DNA from: Candidatus Hadarchaeota archaeon
GTDB lineage: Archaea > Hadarchaeota > Hadarchaeia > Hadarchaeales > Hadarchaeaceae
Length of the DNA: 32,000 nucleotides
Reading direction: 5' to 3'
Assembly: GCA_964514965.1 (NCBI GenBank)
Contig: CAZETV010000001.1
Span: forward strand, 933,063 to 965,062
Part shown: in pieces, positions 1 through 9,286 of the stretch
How the letters are laid out: each line of letters begins with the position of its first letter
Numbering within the stretch: position 1 is the first letter of the stretch
Program-made: the position numbers and the translations under genes
Notes under the pieces: generated by a model
Database searches by the model: none
Seen by the model: the letters and a program-made list of their open reading frames with translations, nothing else
What the model was told of the DNA's origin: nothing

Positions 1-43
1 ACATTCCAGTCATTTTTACCTGAGGTAAAAATTCCGATTTTCT

Positions 44-985
44 TCACACGCATGCACCCAGTGATTTCGCCAGCACTTCCTCGTCAATGCTTCCGGCATG
101 AAAAACTCTTCCGGTCCTCAGGTTGTTTATCGTTACTTCGGCGGGGGAGAAAAGTTTTGGATCGATCTTGAAGAAGTCCCTATCATATTTTTCGAAGAGT
201 TCAAGGAATGGCAGGCCGTAGTCCTTGGAGGCGCGTGAGGGAATTTCATCGATCACCTTCTCAACCTCAGAGTCGTCAGCATCCACGAAGTACATCGTCC
301 TCCCACCGTAGAGCACACAGTCGTTGGTTTTCCCCATCGCTTCTAGATCGTTTTTGGTCACTGGCGCTACGGGAGCACTTCCGCTCCCGCAGATTATCTC
401 GCCTATATCGAACCCGACCTCATGTAGCTTGTGCACGCCGGTTTCCACAATTCTCGCTGATATCTGGATGCTCCCAACAATGCTTGCAGTCGGGGCAGCC
501 AAGATGTAGAGACTATCGGGCTTCACCTTGCATTTTTGGGCGATGAAATCCGCTACCTTTTCGTTTGGTATTTTTCTAGTCTCGAGCGTGATGACCGCTT
601 TCTCACACCTATCTTCATATTTCAATTCTCGGAACAGCTTTTCCTCCACCCTCGCCAGCGCCCTCGCGGGACCCGAACCCATCGCGAAGTAATCTTCAAC
701 TTTTATCGCCCACCCAGCAAATTGAGAAGCCATGCATGATATCGCGGGATGGTCCACGTTCACATGGACATAGGGCCTTTTCTCCATGCAAAGACTAACG
801 CCGCCAAGACCCCCTAGACACGCCTCTGAAAAAAGTTTGCCAGCTTTAAGGCTCCCCTGCACCTTGATTCCAGAGTCGATCACTACTGCCCCATTTTTTA
901 GTTTGAGGACTTTGACCCCCAGTTCTTCCTCACTTTGAGTCATCGCGTCTGCTATTTTTGAAGCTCTTTCGTTCACGCTTATCAT
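44..985 (-). CDS. mch: Methenyltetrahydromethanopterin cyclohydrolase
   Basis: 313-aa ORF with characteristic Mch sequence (LGGLGGVSLCMEKRPYVHVNVDHPA..., EIICGSGSAPVAPVTKNDLEAMGKTNDCVLYGG). Start codon overlaps the stop of upstream fwdC by 4 nt. Confidence 0.95.
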   Translation of the reverse strand: MISVNERASKIADAMTQSEEELGVKVLKLKNGAVVIDSGIKVQGSLKAGKLFSEACLGGLGGVSLCMEKRPYVHVNVDHPAISCMASQFAGWAIKVEDYFAMGSGPARALARVEEKLFRELKYEDRCEKAVITLETRKIPNEKVADFIAQKCKVKPDSLYILAAPTASIVGSIQISARIVETGVHKLHEVGFDIGEIICGSGSAPVAPVTKNDLEAMGKTNDCVLYGGRTMYFVDADDSEVEKVIDEIPSRASKDYGLPFLELFEKYDRDFFKIDPKLFSPAEVTINNLRTGRVFHAGSIDEEVLAKSLGACV

Positions 986-1803
986 GTCGCGCCTCCTTTC
1001 CAGATCAGTATCTCCCCCTTCCCTAGGGCGGCAATATCTCCGTTATACCTATCGTAGAAACCCTCGATGTGTTCTTTTTTGACAGGTAAATCATATTTTT
1101 CCAGTCTTTTTAGGAAGGCTCTGATGAAAGTCGGTTTGTAGGTGCAACTATATCTGAAGGTCGGCAGTAGCTTCGGGGGATTGAAGGCTATGATGGTTCC
1201 CCTATCCATCCCGGCTCCCGCTTTCTCCCCGATATCGCCGGAACAGACTATTGACCCACCTGTCATGAGTGCGCCGGTTAAGTTTCCTAGTTTGCCTTTG
1301 ATGACGATTGCGCCCCTTCTCATCAGTTCTCCGACCTCGCGTCCGGCATCGCCTTCAATTATAATCATTCCGCCCTTCATTCCGACTTTAGAACCCCGGT
1401 AACCCGAACCAACGAGGTTTCGGGCGTTCCCTCTGACCCTTATCAGCCCCCCTTTCATCTCGGCCCCGAGCCAATCCCCAGCGTTTCCGTGAACGAGTAT
1501 CTCTCCTCCTTGCATCTCCCGACCAAGGTGCATTCCAGCACTCCCCTCGATTACCAACTTGCCTTTGCTCATCCTTGCCCCAATATGCTTGACCGCGCTG
1601 ACATCGCCAGTGATAACTATCTTCTCAGTTCCATCCGATTCCTGTTCGATATTGAAGATATCAGTCAATCTTTTCCTTCGGTTTCCCCACAAAAGCTCGA
1701 GACTTTTTAGCTCCGCCACAGACTTACCAGAAAATACATCGGGTGAGATGCATTCGGCCTCAACCGGCACCTTAAATTTGACTTTAGGTTTGAGGATGAT
1801 CAT
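982..1803 (-). CDS. fwdC: Formylmethanofuran dehydrogenase subunit C
   Basis: Glycine-rich beta-helix repeats (GSAGMHLGREMQGGEILVHGNAGDWLGAEMKGGLIRVRGNARNLVGSGYRGSKVGMKGG) typical of FwdC/FmdC. ATGA-type overlap with neighbours. Confidence 0.93.
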   Translation of the reverse strand: MIILKPKVKFKVPVEAECISPDVFSGKSVAELKSLELLWGNRRKRLTDIFNIEQESDGTEKIVITGDVSAVKHIGARMSKGKLVIEGSAGMHLGREMQGGEILVHGNAGDWLGAEMKGGLIRVRGNARNLVGSGYRGSKVGMKGGMIIIEGDAGREVGELMRRGAIVIKGKLGNLTGALMTGGSIVCSGDIGEKAGAGMDRGTIIAFNPPKLLPTFRYSCTYKPTFIRAFLKRLEKYDLPVKKEHIEGFYDRYNGDIAALGKGEILIWKGGAT

Positions 1804-2696
1804 CGGTTGCCCTCGAAGAGTTTGTGGAGGTAGACCAAGTGTTTGCCCAGCTTGCCCCCATAGTTTCCGGCAGTTATGAGCTTTATCCCGTCCACACTAC
1901 AGGCTTCTTCGATTCCCGCCTTCGTGGCTTTTTTCACGCTTTCTCCGTCCAATCCGTTTATCACTATTTCTAGGACGGAGTTGACATCCTGCGGTATCTT
2001 GCTTTCCACTACAGATCTCAGGGTCGGACAATATGCGGTATTCGTCGAAGCCCTTAGGAACTTGTACTTCGACCCGACCTTGCTACCGCTCCTTACTACA
2101 CCGCCGGGAAATGGAGTTATCACATTTTTGATTCCTTTTATAGCTTCGACTGCTTTCTCCGCGGCCTCAAGCACGCAGTCGGCATCTCTCCCCAAGATGA
2201 GGAAGTTACCTCCTCCCACGGCTTTTCGGACTTTGAACTTTTCCTCAACTAAAAATTCACCCTCCATGGCGGGGATTCTCCAAAACCTCCTGCCGTCGAT
2301 CCGCTTGGCAATTTGATAGCCGTCCCCGAAAAATCTCAACTTCCCACCAATGTTTATTTCCTTCTCCCCTTCCAAGTTGTTGAAACAGGCCGTTGTGGGA
2401 CAAGTCATTATGCATTGACCAACCCTCCGCATGAGCTGGTCCTCGAGGGTCTTTTCGGACATGGCTAAAACTAGAATGTTCGCCCCCGGTCTTCCATCTG
2501 GGGTTTCTTTGACTCTCACAAGATTCTCTATCCCAGCTTCAGCCCCGCACGCTATGACTGAAGTGGCAAATCCCGTGGTGGTGTTCGTAGCGTGCAAAGC
2601 CCATTTTTTGTTTTTCGCCGTTATCAACAAGCGTGCCGCTACCATATCGAAGGCTTCGGCAAATGTATCTTCTATTTCCACTCCGTTTATCTGCAT
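1800..2696 (-). CDS. ftr: Formylmethanofuran--tetrahydromethanopterin N-formyltransferase
   Basis: 298-aa ORF starting MQINGVEIEDTFAEAFDMVAARLLITA, with FPGGVVRSGSKVGSKYKFLRASTNTAYCPTLR, typical Ftr. Confidence 0.95.
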   Translation of the reverse strand: MQINGVEIEDTFAEAFDMVAARLLITAKNKKWALHATNTTTGFATSVIACGAEAGIENLVRVKETPDGRPGANILVLAMSEKTLEDQLMRRVGQCIMTCPTTACFNNLEGEKEINIGGKLRFFGDGYQIAKRIDGRRFWRIPAMEGEFLVEEKFKVRKAVGGGNFLILGRDADCVLEAAEKAVEAIKGIKNVITPFPGGVVRSGSKVGSKYKFLRASTNTAYCPTLRSVVESKIPQDVNSVLEIVINGLDGESVKKATKAGIEEACSVDGIKLITAGNYGGKLGKHLVYLHKLFEGNR

Positions 2697-4294
2697 GGTA
2701 TCATCTCTCCTCTGGGCAGGTACTCGTCCTGCACGGGGTAGTTTTCTAAGGCGACCGTATAGTACTTAGCGAAATCTTCCCTCATCTCATCGGTCACCTC
2801 GCCTCCAGCGTTTACCCAGTAAGTTCTCCCTTGGGGTGATTCAACTATTTTCCCATCCTTCAACACAATTTTCCCATCCTTGATCACGTATTTAGCCCTC
2901 GAGAAAGAGCGTTTTATATCGTTCTCTTTGAACTCGTAAATTGCTACATCGGCATCGGCTCCCACACCTAGATGTCCTTTTTGCGTGAGTCCCAAGAGCT
3001 TGGCAGCGGCTGCCCTCGTTATTATGGCAATTTCGAACAGCGAATATTCCCTGTCTATCCCTCCGAGACCAGTTCTAGACGAAGCGGCGCGATGAACGGA
3101 CTGAAGCATCTGATCGCGCGCCTGCTTGTTCATCAACCAAGAGATGACTTCTGGGTAGTGGTAGAATGGGCCCCCGTTGGGGTGATCGGTGGTCATGAAG
3201 AACTTCCACGGATCTTTAACTAGCAGAGCCATCTCCAACCCGATTGCCCACTGAACGGCATTGACGGGGCTCTTAGCTTTGTAAACATGCGGGACTATGC
3301 CAGCGCCCTCTTCCATCTCCACATCTGCATTGTACCACTTGTTCCCGGTCATCTTGTAAAGGCTGTGTTGCATTGGACCGTCGGCCGTCATTGTGGTAGC
3401 GTCGTCGAATATGACTTGCCCCATATCACAAGTCACGTTTTCGCGCTGGTTTATCCGCTTCGCGAGCTCGGCTGCCCCCGAGGCTAATTTCGCCCAACTG
3501 TCCCCCGCGTAAGAGTTAAACTGGATGTGAGTGATGTGAATCCTTCCTTTGACTGCATTTATCGATTCTGCGGTCGTCTCGAAATTCCCGGGTGTCCCAA
3601 GGTTGTTGCAGTGAACGTGAATGGGGTGGGGGAGTTTCAACTCTTCGTTGACCTTCGCTAGACCAGTGAGTATCTCTCGGGGGGTTACTTCGTAATTATC
3701 GACCCTGTCATTGATGCTTTTTACGTTCCTGCCCCACTTCCAGTTTTCCACTCCACCTGGATTCACTATTTTTACGACGCACCCCCTTGTCGCCTTTAAG
3801 AGCCATGCAACGAAGTTCTTGAGCTTTTCAAAGTCCTTCTCCTTGACGTACCTCAAGACGAAGTGGTTATTGCCCATGAGTGTGTAACACCCCTTGTCCA
3901 CGATTGGGATGTCGTTTAGCTCCTCGTGTGTGTGCCTCGCCCCTAGTGGAGGTACAGCAGCTTCCATCAGGGTCGTGTAACCAAGCTTCACGTACCTATA
4001 CCCTGTCACAAACGTTGTGGGGACAGTGTATCCGACCCCGCCTCTCGTGATTTCTGTTTTCGAAACGGGGTCCTTTCTGTGGTCTTCAGGTCTGAACAAC
4101 CTGCCGAGGTTAACCTTAGAACCAGCGATGTGGGTGTGGATCTCCACGCCTCCAGGTAGGACGATCAGCCCAGAGGCATCTATTTCCTTTCCATCAGCTT
4201 CCTCGACTATTTTCCCGTTTTTGATGAACAGATCTTTCTTTTCTCCGTTTATCCCGTTCAAGGGGTCGTAGATGGTGCCATTCTTGATAATCAA
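2687..4294 (-). CDS. fwdA: Formylmethanofuran dehydrogenase subunit A (amidohydrolase fold)
   Basis: 535-aa ORF with HTHIAGSKVNLGRLFRPEDH, THIQFNSYAGD, MTTDHPNGGPFYHYPEVISWLM, diagnostic of FwdA/FmdA/FhcA. Confidence 0.95.
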   Translation of the reverse strand: MIIKNGTIYDPLNGINGEKKDLFIKNGKIVEEADGKEIDASGLIVLPGGVEIHTHIAGSKVNLGRLFRPEDHRKDPVSKTEITRGGVGYTVPTTFVTGYRYVKLGYTTLMEAAVPPLGARHTHEELNDIPIVDKGCYTLMGNNHFVLRYVKEKDFEKLKNFVAWLLKATRGCVVKIVNPGGVENWKWGRNVKSINDRVDNYEVTPREILTGLAKVNEELKLPHPIHVHCNNLGTPGNFETTAESINAVKGRIHITHIQFNSYAGDSWAKLASGAAELAKRINQRENVTCDMGQVIFDDATTMTADGPMQHSLYKMTGNKWYNADVEMEEGAGIVPHVYKAKSPVNAVQWAIGLEMALLVKDPWKFFMTTDHPNGGPFYHYPEVISWLMNKQARDQMLQSVHRAASSRTGLGGIDREYSLFEIAIITRAAAAKLLGLTQKGHLGVGADADVAIYEFKENDIKRSFSRAKYVIKDGKIVLKDGKIVESPQGRTYWVNAGGEVTDEMREDFAKYYTVALENYPVQDEYLPRGEMIPCR

Positions 4295-5562
4295 GCTTTC
4301 ACCTTCTCAATAATTCTTTTCAAAATTTCTCTATCGGGTAAGAACTCCGAATCGATTACTTTTTTGAGCCTTAGGGGGATTCCGTCCATTCTGTAGGCAG
4401 TTCCATCGCACTCTATCCCAGCTATCGCTGAGGGAATTACAATCCTGGCAATTAAGGAAGTAAGGCTGATTTTTGGATCGATAACGATTGTTGGGATCGT
4501 AGTCAAATGCTTGGAAGCTTGGGCGGGGAAATGCGCAACGGGGTCGGAGGCTATTATGAGAGCGGCATCACATTCTCCACGAGCCAAGATATCCACAGCA
4601 GAAAATTCACCTGGATTGTAAACCGGATAACCTTTGGAGAAATTGACCGCATAAGGGTAGCCAGTGCACCAAGTCATCACATCGTTGGCACCAGACACGT
4701 TATAGTGGCCCCTCATCGGGATTATGGCGAATTTGGTGTGGTCATTCAAATCCCTGACGAGGCGGAGAGCCGCGTCGACGTTCATGTGCTTTCCCCCAGT
4801 CATCGTAAGACCTAGGCCGAAGAATATCACCCCAAATTTGCAACTCTTCATTTTCTCCGCAAGTTGTTTGATGGTTTCAGAAGGTACCCCTGCAACATCC
4901 CCCACATCATATCCCTTGACCACAGCTCTGAATGCCGAAAGCAACTCGTAGTCTTGGCCGGGCTTAACTTTTACAAAAAGATTGGCCATCTTCGAGGTCT
5001 TCGTTTCTCTCACATCAATGTGCACTATCTCCCGACCTTTCTTTCCACTTTCTGTGTAGAGGCCTCTAGGGGTTATCGAGTATCGCGTTGCGTGCTTGAT
5101 ATGGGCCTCCGCTGGGTTACACCCCCAGAAAATCACCAAATCGGCCCTGTTTTTGACTTCCCCTAGTGTACATTTTGCAGCTCCACAATCTTGGGCTGCT
5201 TGAATGGTTGGTCCGTGGCAGACGGAGCTCGTGTTATCAATGGATGCTCCAGTCAATTCGGCGAGCTCGACAGCCAGTCTCTGGGCGTCGGTTTCGGTAG
5301 AGCTCAGGCCGTATATCAATGGAAAATCGGCTTTCTTCAAAATCTCCGCTGTTTTCTCCAAAGTTCTTTCTATTGACACTTCAACGAGTTTCCTTTTTTT
5401 CTTTATTTGAGGTTTAGCTCTGTCTTTAGCGTGGTTCAGAAATTTACTTTTGGAGAATGCGCAAGCATTTTTAACATCGACTACCCTTCCATCTTCCGTT
5501 ACAACTTCTATATCATCACAAAGACATCCACAAAGAGGACACACGATATTTTTGTAATTCAT
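4291..5562 (-). CDS. fwdB: Formylmethanofuran dehydrogenase subunit B (molybdopterin/tungstopterin catalytic subunit, Cys form)
   Basis: N-terminal CPLCGCLCDDIEV 4Fe-4S motif; SSVCHGPTIQAAQDCGAAKCTLGEVKNRADLVIFWGCNPAEAHIKH; C-terminal GTAYRMDGIPLRLKK. Confidence 0.94.
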   Translation of the reverse strand: MNYKNIVCPLCGCLCDDIEVVTEDGRVVDVKNACAFSKSKFLNHAKDRAKPQIKKKRKLVEVSIERTLEKTAEILKKADFPLIYGLSSTETDAQRLAVELAELTGASIDNTSSVCHGPTIQAAQDCGAAKCTLGEVKNRADLVIFWGCNPAEAHIKHATRYSITPRGLYTESGKKGREIVHIDVRETKTSKMANLFVKVKPGQDYELLSAFRAVVKGYDVGDVAGVPSETIKQLAEKMKSCKFGVIFFGLGLTMTGGKHMNVDAALRLVRDLNDHTKFAIIPMRGHYNVSGANDVMTWCTGYPYAVNFSKGYPVYNPGEFSAVDILARGECDAALIIASDPVAHFPAQASKHLTTIPTIVIDPKISLTSLIARIVIPSAIAGIECDGTAYRMDGIPLRLKKVIDSEFLPDREILKRIIEKVKA

Positions 5563-5948
5563 TTAATCCCTTTTATTTGTGTTATGGCATTTACTATTTT
5601 CAATATATCTTTGTCCGTCGCTAAAATCTCCGCTTCAACGCCTTTAGAATCTGGCATCCCGGTTCCTTGAGTATCCGCGCTTATCACCATATTTGCCCAA
5701 GGCCCGTAGGGCATGAAAGCGATTCCGTGGTCTATTCTCGACTCTTTACACCTAACGACGGTTGAACCGAATTTGGTGCTAACTTCTACATTTTCACCCT
5801 CTTTAGCACCGATTTCTTTCATATCGTTTTCATTCATCATGACCATGGCGACATTTTTAGAATATTCCTCAGAAGTTTTGCTAATTTCTAGACTTGTCCC
5901 CTGTTCTACCGTCCTTCCACTGATTAAAATCACTTTCATGTGATTCAT
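5559..5948 (-). CDS. fwdD: Formylmethanofuran dehydrogenase subunit D (molybdopterin dinucleotide-binding domain)
   Basis: 129-aa ORF with MMNENDMKEIGAKEGENVEVSTKFGSTVVRCKESRIDHGIAFMPYGPWANMVISADTQGTGMPDSKGVEAEI. Overlaps fwdB start by 4 nt. Confidence 0.92.
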   Translation of the reverse strand: MNHMKVILISGRTVEQGTSLEISKTSEEYSKNVAMVMMNENDMKEIGAKEGENVEVSTKFGSTVVRCKESRIDHGIAFMPYGPWANMVISADTQGTGMPDSKGVEAEILATDKDILKIVNAITQIKGIK

Positions 5949-6052
5949 CTAGCTCTTTTCTAGTTCTAATATTAAAGCGGGACATTTTAACTTTTTGTAA
6001 AAAATATTTGTGTAGATATGGAAAAAGTTGTAGGCAGAAGATTTAAACAAAA

Positions 6053-7117
6053 ATGAAACATACGCAAACTTGTAGCGACGATGGAAAGGTAAAGTTGATG
6101 AATATACCATATGGGGAACTTAAAACGACCGTGGTCGGGAGCTTTCCCTTACAGCACTCTATAGAAAACATGCGTAGGACATTTTCAGATCAGATCGAAG
6201 CTGGGATAAATTTCCCATGTTATGGGCAACTTTTGGATATGAATTTAATGTTTCTAGAACCTTTGGCAAAAGAAAAATGTGGAATCGATATAATTGCGGG
6301 GGAGGCGTGGATCACCGGTTTATTAGAGGTTCCTAAGAGGCCCATATCTCTCGAGTTCTTGGAACTAGCTCAAGAGTACCTCAAAAAGAACCCCTCCGAA
6401 GAGGTTGACGGGATTAAAGTCCCCATCACAGGCCCAATCACCTTATCATCCGCGACGAAGGTTTCTGAAAAACATCTTGCTATAGAACACCCAGATTTTA
6501 TTCTAGATTTTTCCAATATCGTGGCTGAAATCGCGAAATGGTACGACAAAGCAGGGGCGGGGCTGATAATGATTGATGAGCCTTCTTTGAGTTATGCCAA
6601 ATGGTTTGGGACGGAGCCCGATGTTCTAATCGAAGCGATTAATAAACCCATGAAAGCGATAAAGAACGCCCTATCTTCGGTTCACGTATGTGGTGACATT
6701 TCCGCGGTCACGGACATCCTCATCCAATCGGAAGCTCCAATATTAGATCACAGCTTCAGTGACTTTCCAGCCAACTTAGGATTTTATTCCAGAGGCGTTT
6801 TAGAGAGAGCCGATAAGATGATAGGGTTTGGCTGTGTGAGTTCAACACCAGACCCACAGCTTCTGTTAGACATCAGCGCGGGAAAGGCTCAATGGACGGA
6901 AGCGGTAGAATCCGTGGATAAAATAGAAAAGTTGATTCTTGAGGGAGGGAAGAGGTTCGGACTTGAGAGATTAATTATAGACCCAGATTGCGGGTTTGGC
7001 GGGATGAGAGAATATTTTAAAGACGACACTGGGCAGAGGATAGCAACTGGAAAGCTGAGAAATATGGTCGGGGCTGTAAGGGGTGCTAGGAAAAAATTGG
7101 GAATGCCCCATAGTTAG
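6053..7117 (+). CDS. Core-MetE family methionine synthase / methylcobamide-dependent-type homocysteine methyltransferase (C-terminal MetE domain only)
   Basis: 354-aa protein starting at TTVVGSFPLQ, with Zn-ligand-like HVCGDIS and IDPDCGFGGMREY motifs. Lacks the MetE N-terminal domain. The true start may be the internal Met of MNIPYGELK. Confidence 0.85.
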   Translation: MKHTQTCSDDGKVKLMNIPYGELKTTVVGSFPLQHSIENMRRTFSDQIEAGINFPCYGQLLDMNLMFLEPLAKEKCGIDIIAGEAWITGLLEVPKRPISLEFLELAQEYLKKNPSEEVDGIKVPITGPITLSSATKVSEKHLAIEHPDFILDFSNIVAEIAKWYDKAGAGLIMIDEPSLSYAKWFGTEPDVLIEAINKPMKAIKNALSSVHVCGDISAVTDILIQSEAPILDHSFSDFPANLGFYSRGVLERADKMIGFGCVSSTPDPQLLLDISAGKAQWTEAVESVDKIEKLILEGGKRFGLERLIIDPDCGFGGMREYFKDDTGQRIATGKLRNMVGAVRGARKKLGMPHS

Positions 7118-7144
7118 TGATTATTTTCAGATGAGTGTGATATT

Positions 7145-8098
7145 TTGAGAATTCACATCAAAACACCATCGCGGTTGCATTTTGGGATAATCGATCTCAG
7201 CAGAAGCTTAGGCCGCAGCTATGGTTCAATGGGTTTAGCGATAGAGGGGCGTGGGTATGAAATCCTTGCCGAGAAAGGCGAGGAGCTAGAGGTACTTGGG
7301 CCGGGGGAGGATGCAGAGCAAGCAAGAAAGATTGCCGAAAAAGTTACGCAAATTTACAAAATTCCACGTCAGGTCAAAATAAACATACTTGAGAACATCC
7401 CGATGCATGTAGGGCTGGGCTCCACGACCCAACTGACGCTGGCGGTGGCAACGGCTATCACGAAACTTTATGGTGTGAAGGCTTCATCCGTTGAGCTTGC
7501 GGAGAAAATGGGCAGGGGGAAAAATTCTGGTGTGGGGGCCTACGCTTTCATGAAGGGGGGTTTCATTGTTGGTGGAGGGATTAAGAGAAGAGGATTTCCG
7601 CCGATGATTTTCAGACACGATTTTCCTGAAGAATGGCGCTTCGTAATCGTTATACCGCAAATTGGGAGGGGACTCGATGAAAAAACTGAAGAGGGGCTGT
7701 TCAAGCGAATAACAGCTTCTACTGATGTTGCCCGAAGAATTTGCCACTCACTCGTCATGAAAATGCTGCCCTCTATTGTGGAACATGACGTAGAGAGTTT
7801 TGGACAGGTTTTGACTGAGGTTCAGAGGCTCGTTGGGGAAGCTTTTTCCCCCTACCAAGGAGGCGTGTTCGGGGGTCAGATAGTTTCTGATATCGTTAAT
7901 CGGATGCTGGAGGAGGGGGCATATGGTGCTGGGCAGAGTTCTTGGGGTCCGACGGTTTATGGGTTGGTTGAGGATAATGCCCAAGCGGAGGAACTAAAAG
8001 AAAAAATTTTGGAGTTCTTAAAGGGTAAAAGTTACAAAGCTGGCTTAATGGTGGTCAGACCAAACAATGAAGGAGCTAAGGTAGAAATCGAGGACTAA
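7145..8098 (+). CDS. Beta-ribofuranosylaminobenzene 5'-phosphate synthase (H4MPT biosynthesis, GHMP kinase superfamily)
   Basis: TPSRLHFGIIDLSRSLGRSYGSMGLAI, HVGLGSTTQLTLAVATAI, GRGKNSGVGAYAFMKGGFIVGGG, SSWGPTVYGLVED. Start codon TTG. Confidence 0.92.
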   Translation: MRIHIKTPSRLHFGIIDLSRSLGRSYGSMGLAIEGRGYEILAEKGEELEVLGPGEDAEQARKIAEKVTQIYKIPRQVKINILENIPMHVGLGSTTQLTLAVATAITKLYGVKASSVELAEKMGRGKNSGVGAYAFMKGGFIVGGGIKRRGFPPMIFRHDFPEEWRFVIVIPQIGRGLDEKTEEGLFKRITASTDVARRICHSLVMKMLPSIVEHDVESFGQVLTEVQRLVGEAFSPYQGGVFGGQIVSDIVNRMLEEGAYGAGQSSWGPTVYGLVEDNAQAEELKEKILEFLKGKSYKAGLMVVRPNNEGAKVEIED

Positions 8099-9239
8099 AT
8101 GGGATTTTCTCTTCCAACTTTTGTTTCACGCTTTTTCCTTTTGGATGATAAATATGGTCCAATGCTGTACCTTTTGAATTTTTGATGCCCATCCACTCGA
8201 TGAGCTTGGCAAATTTGCTCCTTGTCAAACCATCAGCGACCATTGCGTACCCTTGAGCCGATTCTTTGACCCTTCTCGCCCCCTGAAGCCACCCGATTCT
8301 CCTCACTGGCGCGAATTTGGCGAGTCTCTCTAGCAGTTCATCCTTAACTCTTTCGATTCTCGTTAATCTACCTGAAAGCAGGATTTCTTTGGGATGGGGA
8401 ACCGTGACCATCATTGAAGCGACGCCCTTTACTATATCCTCGATCATTGTCTCCCACGCCACTTCGCAGTGCTTATCAGAATTTGCGCATCCAATCAGCT
8501 CTTCAGGGGAAAGCTTGCCAGACACGGAAATTCCACCACCCGTGAAAATATCCATTTTTTCCCATTTCCCGACTAGCTGTGTGAGTTCCGCGTCCATGCC
8601 GCCTGAAGTTAGAAATCCGATTCCCCCCATAGTTCCGCCGATTCCATCGACAATTTTTCCTTCGCTTATGCCAAGAACTGCGTTATACCCAAAGCCCATC
8701 TCAACGAGGATGAAGGAGACCTCGGAGTATGGAATGTTTAGCTTTTGGGCCTGATCGTAAACTCCGAGGACGCCAATGCACATCTTGTCGACTGTCCCCA
8801 TGTCAAGCTTGTTGATTTTTCTGTGCGCGGGCACTGTGGGAAGCTCAATCACGCCTGGGATGTAACAAACCGGCCAACCCCTGCGCTTCATTTCCATTGC
8901 TGTTTCGGTCATAGCTGAATAGACCATTATTCCGATGTCACCTTTTGTTAAAGCGGCCTCCAAGTCCTCTTTCTTCAGGAGGAGTATGTAGGTAAGGTAC
9001 CAGTCCCTAAGGGTCTGGATGTTCAAATCTCTCAGATACGTTAATTCAACGCCGTATCCAGAGGGACCAGCTATCAAATCTAGCGGCATCGCTTTTTCGG
9101 TAGCTTCGATTAACAGCTTTGGGTTTTTGGCAACCTCAGGAGTTTCTAAAATTTCCTCAAAGTACACTTCTCCATTTTCCAGCCCGCATAAATCAAAACT
9201 CTTTGTACCGGGGTCTATACCCAAAACCCTGACTTTCAT
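8076..9239 (-). CDS. DUF1464 family, ASKHA-fold-like protein
   Basis: GIDPGTKSFDLCGLENGEVYFEEI N-terminus, GFGYNAVLGISEGKIVDGIGGTMGGIGFLTSGGMD, and C-terminal actin-like ILLSGRLTRIERV. Convergent with the RFAP synthase gene (3' ends overlap). Confidence 0.75.
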   Translation of the reverse strand: MKVRVLGIDPGTKSFDLCGLENGEVYFEEILETPEVAKNPKLLIEATEKAMPLDLIAGPSGYGVELTYLRDLNIQTLRDWYLTYILLLKKEDLEAALTKGDIGIMVYSAMTETAMEMKRRGWPVCYIPGVIELPTVPAHRKINKLDMGTVDKMCIGVLGVYDQAQKLNIPYSEVSFILVEMGFGYNAVLGISEGKIVDGIGGTMGGIGFLTSGGMDAELTQLVGKWEKMDIFTGGGISVSGKLSPEELIGCANSDKHCEVAWETMIEDIVKGVASMMVTVPHPKEILLSGRLTRIERVKDELLERLAKFAPVRRIGWLQGARRVKESAQGYAMVADGLTRSKFAKLIEWMGIKNSKGTALDHIYHPKGKSVKQKLEEKIPFSPRFLP

Positions 9240-9286
9240 CGATTCATCCTTCCGTGAGGTCTATTCCATTTTCCATTGTGTGCGAT

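Noticed and set aside
208-739. Plus-strand ORFs at 208-546, 324-509 and 536-739
   Set aside because: Antisense to mch, low-complexity Arg/Ser-rich translations with no family resemblance; mch is unambiguous.
4291-5562. Possible selenocysteine (UGA) in FwdB
   Set aside because: The catalytic region reads continuously through with Cys (SSVCHGPT), so no UGA/SECIS is required.
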